Shown here in pieces: positions 25,701 to 37,700 of a DNA stretch of 64,000 bases. The stretch spans positions 21,452,001 to 21,516,000 of the forward strand of contig OZ287761.1 in NCBI GenBank assembly GCA_965649765.1. Reading direction: 5' to 3'. This DNA is from Bispira polyomma. Taxonomy: Eukaryota. Made by a program: the position numbers and the translations under genes. The notes beneath the pieces were generated by a model. That model did not search any database, had not been told where the DNA came from, and saw only the letters and a list, made by a program, of their open reading frames with translations. Position 1 is the stretch's first letter; each line of letters opens with the position of its first letter.

Positions 25701-28700
25701 TTAACCAGGGTCAGCTGCCTACCCCGCGACCAGATGAAGTCGGAGTGACCTTCAGAAGTCCTGACGGGTTTATTATACTACCCAGGTACAGTATTTTAGC
25801 CCCCAGCATATACTCATAGGACATGGGTATTGTTTCGCACTCTGGTTGTCCTGATGGATGACCGGGGGCATGTTATTTGAACCCCTTCCCCACCGATGGA
25901 GAGTAATTCCACTATACTGAGGGAGAATACTTTGACACACTTTGATGGCATCACAAATAATGTTTTTTGCAACAACTGATTACATCATTAATGAAAAAAA
26001 AATATTTTTCTTCTATGTTTAAAGGACTGTACCTTATAGACTTTATCCCTCTGTTCAATAATATATTATGTCATTGACTTCTGGCCACAGGGTTCTCCAC
26101 CAAATAAATGCCCCTCCTGATATATAATACTGAGTTGTTGAAAGCTCCATTGAACTGTGCAAATTGATGTTATTTTGTTTTTTATTTAAATTAGGCCCAT
26201 TTTTCATAGAACAATGTTACAGTGTTAGAATTTAGTGATTGTAACTGTCACTTTTTTTCGTCCCCCTCCAGGTGGAGCTTCCTGCGCAGTGGGTCATTGG
26301 AGATGAAGTTCCGTACCCATGAACCTAATGCTCTGATGCTGTACAACGGGGGACAACCGGGCCGCAGCGACTTCATCGCCATAGAGATGTACGATGGGAT
26401 CCCTTACCTGGTGATTAACCTGGGTGAGGAGGTCCACAGATACCCCTTCTCTACAACCAAACTCAATGATGGGCAGGAACATCATCTACAGCTAGAAAGA
26501 ACCGAAAAGTAGGTGGAATCATTCTCTGTCGATATATCTTTTCCTATTAGAATTATATTCCTGGTTGGTTGTCTAGTTGACTGTCTGGTTGGTTTGTTGG
26601 CTGGATGGTTCATTGGTTGGTACCTTGGTAAGTTGCTTTATAATTAAGTGCAGAATGTACAAACTTGTTTATGAAAAAAACACCATTAGTAGGTCCTAAT
26701 TTGCACCTGTATAACGAACTGATCTTTATTCCTCTTTTATACAGTCAAACTAAATGATGGGGCGAGACATTATCTACTCAAGAAGAAGCTTAAAGTTTAA
26801 AAAACTCATAAAATCAGGCATTATATGTAACAAATCAGATGGTAGATTTGAAGTGGTCTTTGTGCAACCACAGACTTTTCCTCACCGGAAATGGATATAA
26901 AGAAGTGTATATTATCTCTACCATTATTTACACAGTCCCTCATTTTGTTTTGTTTTTGTTACACTCTTTCTATAGCAACATCCGTTTGGTCCTGGATGGC
27001 CGCTCCTCACCCTACACCATCCCCGGTAGTTCAAGTAGCCTTGACCTTGGTACCAAGCTCTATATCGGCGGCCATGACGACCCCCGAGTATTGCCATGGC
27101 ACCTGTGGAGCAGGGAGAGCAAGTTCTTTGTAGGCTGTCTGTGGGACGTCAAGGTCAACAACAAACCCTATGACCTGGCCTTCTATGCAAGGTTAGTATA
27201 AAGTCAAGCTCAACACCAAACCCTATGACATGACTTTATATGCAAGAATAGCATAAGGTCAAGGTCAACACCAAACCCTACAACCTTATCTTTTACACAA
27301 GGTGAGTAAAATCAAGGTCAACACCAAACCCCATGACCTGGCCTTTTACACAAGGTGAATATACAGTCAAGGTTAACACCACCCCCCACAACTGTCTCCT
27401 ACCTAAAGTCAGCTACAAAACCTACCACCTGACCTTTGCAAGATCAGTCAAGGTCACTGACAAACCATACGCCCTTTTATGCAGCGTGAGTCAAGACAAG
27501 GTCACATGCATGCTTAGAAATAGGAGGACCTGGGGCTAGATAAAGGCAGATACACAGTTACTTTAATGGCTTAGATGTCACAAATTAAAGTGGCTCTGTC
27601 CTCAGTCATTGGGTCCTATCCACACTTACAGGCGGAAAAATATGGGGACATTGATAAATAGTGTCATCTGCAAGCCTCTATCTTTAGCTTTGCGATACAC
27701 AATGTTTAAAAAACCTTTTGCCCCATGATATCTGTTACTTTGGCCTAGTCAGTGGTTAGTATTCGACTTCAGATCAGAAGGTTTCAGGTTGGATTCTTGC
27801 TGCTGATCTGGAGATTGTACCATCTCCACACAGGTGTATAAATGGTTATTTGGCTGATAATGTTGCTTGGTCTCTGCACTGTATGTGGCAGCATGGCTGC
27901 TTAGGGAGTATGGCTAGTATGAACAACTGGTTGACAGAAGAACCCAGGTTGAGGGTTTAAACCTTACCAGAGCTGATCACTTCACCTTCCACAAATTTGA
28001 ATTGGAAACAGATTACAATTTTAAATAACTTTGTCAATAATGTTGAGCATTAGAGGATGCGTTAATTAGGCGTGTTAGCAATCTATCCTGTCATGTCAGA
28101 CCATAAACATACACACACATTTACATTTACTACAGAGATCAGAACCCACGGTTTGAGAGCATCGTCCCTGGGTGTAGCCCCCAGTCGGAGGAATGTCCCT
28201 CCAAACCCTGCACTCACGGCATGTGTCACGAGACTTGGAGAGGGTACGAGTGTGACTGTACTGATACTCCGTACATGGGAAAAGACTGTGATATCGGTAA
28301 GTACACTCTCATTGGCAAGTATCTCTCGGTGAAAAATCTGACTCCATATTTAAATTCAGTATTGAAAGCTCTATTAAAATGAATGGTCTCAGAAATTGAA
28401 TTTAAAGGTAGACATAACTTCATTTGGCTAGAGTGAACCTAGGCAAAATCTGACTACATATTTAAAGTCACATAATATTCAAGACTCTTTGAAATATTAT
28501 TTATGTGTGTAACTGATACAGAAGCCATCTGATTAATGAAAGAAAATGATAATTATCGAATTTGTAACAACTATGCAGCTTTAAAGAGATTTTCATCGCG
28601 GAATTCAGATTTTGAGATGATTGTGAGTTTAAAAGCTTTGATAAATATGGCCTCTGGATTTTAACTTAGCATACTGAGTTCGGTTGCAGGAAGATACTGT

Positions 28701-31700
28701 GCTTGCAAAGAATACGATTTTTCTATGTATATATAATCTATTTGCAGATGCCCCCGTGTACCTTTTCGAAGGCCAAGATTTAGCCAGAATAAGGTTCACC
28801 CCGACACTCATCACACACACCAACGACATATCTCTACGTTTCAAGACCTTTAAAAAGGACGGACTACTTTTCAAGACATCCGATCAGATCAACGATGACA
28901 CACTACAGCTGTCACTTGAGAACGGGAAAGGTCGATTGGATACCAACCTAGGAGGGGATCAAAAGGTCAGGGTCATTGTATTCTATTGATTTTAATCAGA
29001 AAAAAAAGAGGGCGATTGGATACCAACCTGGTAGGGATCAGAAGAGCAGGGTCATTGTATTCTGTTGATTTACTCAGAAAACAGGAGAGGACGATTGGAT
29101 ACCAACCTAGGATGGGATCAAAAGGTCAGGGTCATTGTATTCTATTGATTTTAATTAGAAAACAGGAGAAGGCGATAGGATACCAACTTAGGATGGGGAT
29201 CAAAAGGTCAGGGTCATTGTATTCATTTTGCTGTTATTTTTCTGACTTCTAAATAACATATTTTCTTGAGTCCTTCAAACGATGTGTTTCTGTGTTATTT
29301 TTTGCTGATTGGATTTTTGTTATATATTTGATTTTCTGTTTTTTAGACGATGTATTTCTGTGACAAATTAAACAACAATGAGTGGCACACACTGTATGTG
29401 AAAAGAAGGGCCGATCATCTGGAGGCCTGGGTGGATAACTGTCCTAAGTCTACGGGTAAGTGTTTTTGTGTGGCTGTGTGTGGCTGTGGTTGTGTGTGTG
29501 GCTCTGTATGTAAAGAGAAGGGCTGATCATCTGGAGGCTTGACTGGACAACTGTGGTTGTCTGTGTGGCAGTGTGTATATGTGAAGACCCAATCATTTAG
29601 AGGCCTGGATTGATAATTGTCTCAATATATCATCTCATTATCGCAAGATTAACTCAACTTAATTACCTCATTTTAACAAGATAGATCTTATGATAACCTC
29701 GTTGTCACAATTGAATTATCTTGTTATAACAAGATAATCTCATTGTTATAAAGTGATTTTGTGGGAATGAGGTAATTAATGTTTGGGCACAAGATAATTT
29801 TGTTACCACAAGATAGAGGGTGTAAACAAATTTGTGTGTCATTAAAGAGGAGCTCTGTAACAATCAGGAAAAAGGTTAATATCAACTAATTTAAAAAAAA
29901 AAATTTTATCAATATTTTTTATTGGTCAGTTGCACATACATTAAAAAATTATGATACATTTTTCTCTGCTTTTAATACAACGAAATAGTCAGCATTGTTG
30001 TCTCATTACAGTCGCCCTCCCTAACTCCGGGTACACACTGGACGTAGATAACATAGTGGTGGCTTCAGAGACAGAACTCGTCCCCTACGACAAGACTTTT
30101 GTTGGAACAATGCAAAACTTCTACTTCAACAAGAACAACCTGTTTGAATACTTTGTGATCAACAAACCAAATGTAAGTATTAATACATTTATTGTAGTGT
30201 CCTAGTTGTTAGGGAGTCAAATACATTTATTGTGATCTCCTAGTTGTTAGGGAGGTGATCAAAAGGTCCCCAGTTCAACTCCCAGTGGGCGAGTTGGTCT
30301 GGTGATTAGAAGGTCCCTGGTTCAACTCCGGTTGGGGCAGTTGGTCTGGTGATCAGAAGGTCCCTGGTTCAACTCCCAGTGGGCGAGTTGGTCTGGTGAA
30401 TAGAACGTTCCCGGTTCAACCCCCCATGGGAAGAAGTTGGTCTGGTGATTGGAAGGTCTCAAGTGCGACTGCTGCTAATGTTGTTAGGTTCATTTTTGGG
30501 TGAGATGTGAACGCGCCATTGTCTACTGATGACGACCCAGGCTATGTTGTAGGACACATGATTGGTTGATTGATTTGGTTGCTGTGGTTTAGAAGATGCC
30601 TTGGGTCAATGAAGCGAGTTAAATGTATGTAATACAACACAATAAGCATATTTTATTATGAAAATTGCACTTTATTTTTCTCAACAATAGCTGTATGTAA
30701 GATGCCATCCCAAACTTACTCGCCAACAAAGAGCTGACCATTGTTCATACCTAATGTTCACTGGTGTTCTTAACGTAGCTTAGAACGTTTCTCTTTATGT
30801 TGCCCAGTGAATTGCACGGCTCCAAACTTACGATTAGCGTCAACTTTACATTTTGTCTTCCTATAGAAAACATTTGGCATGAGACACCCACCCACTTTAA
30901 CAAGGCGACATACAATTCACAATATTTGGTAAATTAGAAGTTTGGGATAACAGAGGTTCTACTGTCATAATCTAAGAGATGTGTTATCATACACAGGCGG
31001 TCACAATAGTGTCCGGGTCATAATAGTGTTTCTTTTGCATTTTTATAGAACTTACTGACGGAAATTAATATGGAAAACACATGCTACTTAATGTCTATGA
31101 ATTAAATAACAGAATACTATATTTTATTTTTGAGAAATCTATGTTTTATACTTTGAAATGTGTGTCGACCAATATTGTGACTTGGACACTATTGTGACTG
31201 TATAGTTATGACTATACGTCATGTGTCTCTTCCCGTAGAGAACTGATGGTATGTGTAACCCGCCCAATAACAAACAAGTGACATAAAATTCACAACATTT
31301 GGTCAATTGGAAGTTTAGTACAATGGAGGTTCTCCCGTCATATAAGACATGTTTTATTGTACTGCATGTCTTCCTGTAGAGAACCGACGGTATGCGAGAC
31401 CCGCCCATTAACAAGGTGACCTACAGAAGTAATGCCAACAACTACGTGGTCCTGGATCCTCTCCAGATGGTCAGCGGGCTGGACATGGCCATGATGTTCA
31501 AGACCCGCCACCCGGACGGCATCCTATTCTTTAATGAGGGAAAAGGTACAAAATAATAATTTCAAATAAATTTATGTTACTGTATTTTTTTTTGATAACC
31601 TGCCAATGCTCTCGCCCTAAACATACTTCCACTTTCAAACGATGTTACAGAGGTATTACACAGTCTGTATACAAGCATAATTAAAATTATTTTAAATTAC

Positions 31701-34700
31701 ACAATATTATGCACGACAATTTACGACAAAAATTTGTTATAATTTGTTTTCCTCAATAAAAATACATAAGAACCTAACTACAACACATTGTAACTTTGGG
31801 AGAGTTTTTTTCAAAATCAAGAATATTTGAAAAAACCGAATTTTGAATGGTAGAGGTTCTCAATGTATGCGTCTATATATTGTTTAATCTTTACAAGGTG
31901 GAGATTACATCACTGCGTACCTGTCCGATGGACACCTGTTCTTTGTTGCCGAGGGCGCACTGACCCGGAAACTGGTGAAGGTCAGCAGTGAGAGGGTGAA
32001 CGACAACAAGTGGCACCAGATCAGGATACGGCCGGATACTCAGTACCAGCCTGTGAGTGATAATTAGAGATGGGACAAGTCAAGTAAGGAATCTAGAATT
32101 CGCCACTCTATCTGAAATTGGTCACCCCTAAAATTTAAGCCAAATCAATAAGAAACTGGCCAAAAATAACTGGAATTTAGGTCAGGAAGCCAGTATAGTC
32201 ACAAAAATCTCAATTTCGACAAATATTACCCGCAATTTTACCAAAAACACAACATTTTACAGGTGGCGAATTTCCAATACAGTGGCAAATTTTAGATTCC
32301 TTACTTTATGAAATCATATTTTTTATGGATGATGATGATATATATATATTTGGTTTTCTGGTTCATTAACAGTAGCAACAATATGACATCAGTATATATA
32401 TATAAGGACAAAATAGAATGTTCATAAAATAGAAGACAGAGGTATTTTTCAGTGGAAAAATAATAATAAATTGTAACTTTAGAGATTGAGGTAAAGGTGA
32501 GAGATTGAGTTTTTAAAGTCACACTGTATTGTGTCAGGGGTCCACGTATACAAAAGTCCGGGAGTCCGAGAACTAATAAAAATCTGAACTACTTTATTGA
32601 ACTTAAAATATATTGGCAAATTTTTATCCCAACTTCAACTAAGACTGCCAAAATGATCTTTAAACAGAAGAAAAGACAGAGATCTCTCATTATTGCGCGC
32701 CTGTTCAGGCAATCCAGCAGACTGCCAACATATTCTGTGAAACATCGACGACTATGTGTCTATATTCTTTTATTTCATCACTCCACAGTACGACCCCATG
32801 AAGCTGGCCTTCATTCTAGACGGCCATGAGGTGCTGGTGGACATTCGTCACTTTGTCGATGACCTTGACCTCACTGACCCCTTGTACATTGGCGGCCTTG
32901 AAGAAGACATGTACCGCACCCTGCCCAACCTCGTCTCCAGCCGCAAGAGCTACTCTGGTTGCCTAGCAACCATGGTCGTCAAGGGAGGACTGGTGGACCT
33001 CTTTAATAACGGCCGTTACAAGAGTCCATTGATCACACAAGGCTGTACTGGTGAGTGTTAAGACAGCAGAACTCTCTAGTGTCAGAACACACGATAGGAG
33101 AGTCAGATCTGCATTCAGGTTGGGATCGTGAGCTTGTAAATACCATTAGTGAGTTTGTAGTTAAGTCTGGGAAACATTCAGGGTTTTTGTAAACAGAGTT
33201 TTTTACCTTATATCCATATGATGTAAATATATTTAAAGTAAACATATTGTTTAAGTAAATTCTGTGCTCCCCTCAGTATGGCTTTTTCCTTTAAAATCTA
33301 CCCTCTTAAATGGGGAAATTCTGGTCAATTTGTCTGGTCTTTTGAGGTTCTAATAAAAACCACCTAAGAGCAACCCCCCAAAGTGGTCTTTATTGACAGG
33401 TGGTCTTCTATAGAGGTTCAATGCCATTAAACATTAATCTTGGGAAATGAAAGTGTTGTCTATATACAGAGGTGGTCTCTCTATAGAGGTGGTCTCTCAA
33501 GCAGGATTGATTGAAAATATTAAGATTTAGAGCCTTTGCAGTCCAATCTCAAGGGAGATCACAAGAAATACTGTACAAAAAAAAATATTTTTACTAGTAA
33601 ATCATTTTAGCTAGTTTTTTGTCAGTGATCTTAATTAGTGAAACAAATTTATTTCCAGTGTAAATTTAAAGTTAAATTTAATCTTTTAACTAAAAATCGG
33701 CGGGTAGTTAAAAATTTGTTCCAGTGAGTTTTCTTAAAGAATTACTACTGTTTTTCCAGTTTAGTATCTACCACTGACAAGTATTTTGGGGAAGATATAA
33801 TTGATAGCTTCTATACTTGCACTTGTATAATGAGTACTTTACCTTTCTATATCTGCAGATGCCACGTCTTACTGTAAAGCGGCCCCCTGCAGTCACTTTG
33901 GCCGCTGTGTGGAGATGCTCAATGGATACCGCTGTGACTGTAACATGACCTCCTTTATAGGGTCAGTCTGTGATGAAGGTGAGTGTAAGCACCCATTGAC
34001 ACGAGAAAAATGGGACTCTAACTTTCACCTCCTGGAACTGCGCTGTTGAACCAATTTTTGTGCAAAATTTGTGCAAAATTTAAAAGCTCCAAAATCCATA
34101 AGGTCCATAAGTCTATAGTATAAAAGCAAGGGTCGTCCTCAAAACAAGGTTTACAGTGCCCTTCAACACTGCTTTCCTCCTTCATTGAAATCTGGCCATT
34201 GTGATATGACCTAAGCTGTTGAAAAGTGACATAAAAACCCAGCTCAACTAAATTTGCAACATCCTACATAGATCCATATTTTTTTCCTGTAATAAGTTGC
34301 CTTTTCTCCTGTACTTTGTTAACTTGTTTAATGATTGATGTTGTGTCCTGTAGTTCCTTATTTCTGTACACAGAAGCCTAGAGGATTACAGATATACGAC
34401 AACAATTTATAATGTGGAAGATCCATATTTCTTCCTACAATAAAGTACCTGTTATCTTGTATTTTTTTGACATATGTTGTACTAGAGTAGAACCCTCTAT
34501 TATCTGACCCTCTATTATCCGACCCTCTATTATCCGACCCTCTATTATCCGATCCTCTATTATCTGACCCTCTCTTATCTGACCCTCTATTATCTGACCC
34601 TCTATTTTCCAAATTTTTAATTTTACGAACTCAATTTCACTTCTCCAAACTTCTATTTCACTCCAAGATGTCTGTAAAATAGAGGTTCTACTGTATTTAT

Positions 34701-37700
34701 TTATTGATTTTGTAGCCTATATTTATTATTTCTGTACACAAAGAGCTACAGAAATATCACTGATGTCAGGCAGGAAATCTATACAGTGAAATGTCCATAT
34801 TTTTTCGATGCATTGCCACGAACGATTAATGCATCGACTTAACAACTAATCGCCTTAGCTTTACTTATTTTTACTATTTAATAATTGATCTTGTATCCTG
34901 TATTTATGAATACAGAGGCAGAAGGCTACAGATATATGAGTGGCGGCAGTCAAGGAATCATGGAGTACCGTTTTGTACCTCCCATTGACACGAGTAGGGA
35001 TGAACTGGCCTTTGGCTTCATGACTTGGCAGCCCAACGGTACTTTGGTACGGGTGGACAGTGGCATATCAGCGGACTACATCGATGCTAGGCTGGTCAGT
35101 TATATCAATACAAAAAATACATTGAAAACCTATCTGGTTTACTCCCGTTATTTCCTCCCTGTTCACTAGTGGGTAAATTGTTTATCGATTTCACCAATAT
35201 TTATTGTTTTGGTCTTTACGTGCCGATATCGATGTGTAATACAAAACACATCAATATCATAATAGACACATATTACACCTTGGGACAACATTTATACAAC
35301 CATTTATAATGATATTTTATGGTTAACACCTTTCGAATAGTGTATGATGACCATTTTATTTCCACTTTTTCTTGTAAACATATTCAGCGGTTCTTACTTC
35401 TGGTTTCATTCGGGCAGATTTTTCGTTTTGCAGATACATTCCAGTTTCTTCACAACTTTCTTTTTATGTTCCGATATTGCCCGATTTTAAAGTAATTTTA
35501 CGTCAGATATCAATTTCCACCAACCCAAATAATTTACCCACTACTATAGAGCCTATTTGCATTTCAAAAAATTCACGGGAGCATTCAAAGTGGTCTTTAA
35601 GTAGGAGTGGACTGACTTTGAGAGTGGTCACTAGTACATGTACATGATTAAACTATTTCCCCCCCTTTCTCTCCCACCAGGTGAATGGCCACGTGGTGAT
35701 GTCGTGGGACATTGGTAATGGCCGTGAGGAGATCAGAGGGGACCAGCGTGGGTATAACGACGGAGACTACCATTACGTCACCTTTGTACGAGATGGCAAA
35801 ACAGCCACGGTCAGGGTGGATGACTACCCCTCTACAACCAAAACCTCAAACGGTAAGCTAATCTAATCTAACTTTTATAGCGGTTATCTCCAAGCTTCTT
35901 TGTAAAACAGATAAGTGAGGAGGCAGTGTCTACATATGCCAAAGCGAATTACAAAGCCAGGTACTACATCAAGCTCCTAGGGGACACGGTAGCCTTGTGG
36001 TTATAATTGTCTTGCTTTAATAACACTGACCTCTCACCTTTTGGGGATCGAATCCCACAAAATTTCCCACTCCTAAAATTTAAGCCAAATCAATAAAAAA
36101 TGGGTGAAAAATCAATGGAATTTAGGTATGTGTTTTGCAAAATAGTCACAAAAATCAGCAAATCTTACTCCACAAATTCAACAAAATAAACACAACATTT
36201 TCTAGGTGGCGAATTTCAGATACAGTGGCGAATTTTCGATTCCTTACTCTCTGGGCAAAAGCAAATTAGAAAGCCAAATTACAAAAGCCAGGGACTACAT
36301 TAAACTCCATGTCATTATATATTAGTGTCTATTTGTTTCAGGTAACAATGTTCTGTTCAGTGATCTAGCTGTCATCAGGGCAGGTGGAACTCGGGATATC
36401 AACAACAACATTGTCAACCCCTTTGACGGCATCATCTCAGGTCTGTACACACGTACTGGTGACCCATACATCCATACTGGGGGCATATCACTTCAATTCT
36501 TAGCATTTTTTTGGGGCCTCAGTCAATCAGATTCTTTGAGAAATATTTTCAGCCAATCAAATAGCTTGAGACAAACATTTAAGAATAAGAATCTTTGTCA
36601 ATACCAGTCCAGATCTGATGACTGATTTTGTGCACAGTTGACTGTAAGTGTTGTTAACAGTGTACCGGTATACCGCATTTTGTTTTGTTTGTACAACTAT
36701 GGCGAGCCCCGCTGTAAACTGCTGTGAATATCATATGTACACACGTGGTGATGACCTATACATATATACTGGGGCCTTATACACAAATATTTTTAGAATC
36801 CAATTCTTGTCTTGGCCTCAATCAGATTGTTTGAAAAAAGATATTTTCAGCCAATCAAATTGCTTGTGACAAAAATTAGGGAGTAAGAATCATTGTGAAT
36901 AGCAGCCTAGATCCAATGACTAATTGTGTGTACACAGTAAATTCTGTATTTAGTTGAATGTCCACTATCCACATGATTTGAATCTAGTTATGGATACAGA
37001 CAACTGATTGGAATTCTAGGAATAAGTAAAATACTTCTAATGTATACTTTTAAATTACACTCTGAAAATATGACAAATATATCAGTTAAAGTAAAAAGGT
37101 AAAAACCCTTTATTTAAATCAAGTAATTTATAATGTGACCCTTCCTTTATCAGATGCCTCGCATCATTAAGTTGCGTTAAAAATTTTAAAAAAATTTCAC
37201 AATACAACACAATATTTCTATTGGGATGTTTTCTCTTTTCTAGGTCTGTTCTTTAACGGGACCCGGTTCATTGACATGGGCGTCATTGACGGTTCACCGG
37301 CCATTGTCACCGGTGGAGACATCATCACAGCCACACATCCATTCAGTGTCCCTCAGTAAGTGTTGTACTATTACCAGTTACCATACAGCAGAAACATCTA
37401 AACAGTGCTACACTTTACTGCCAAAAACTGCTCATCTCTGAGCAGGAGTCAGATTTCCCTTGTCTCCCTCCCAAGTAATAAACCTGGCAGTTGGTGGGTG
37501 TTAAAACAACATCCACTCACTTTCCTGTGGTGCATCTGCTGATTAAAGTCTAAACATGTAATGTATGTGTATTTTCCTTAATGTCCAGTCTTATACAGTA
37601 TAGTGCATGTGTTTGATCACTTTATAACATACACACCATTTTGACGGGGAAAAAATGTTTGGAATAGAATAAACTGTAGTTTTAGTATTTATCTTATTAG

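Noticed and set aside
19538-37355. Assigning the symbol NRXN/Nrx-1
   Set aside because: LNS1-EGF1 and the short PDZ tail are missing and the sequence is divergent; orthology needs a phylogeny
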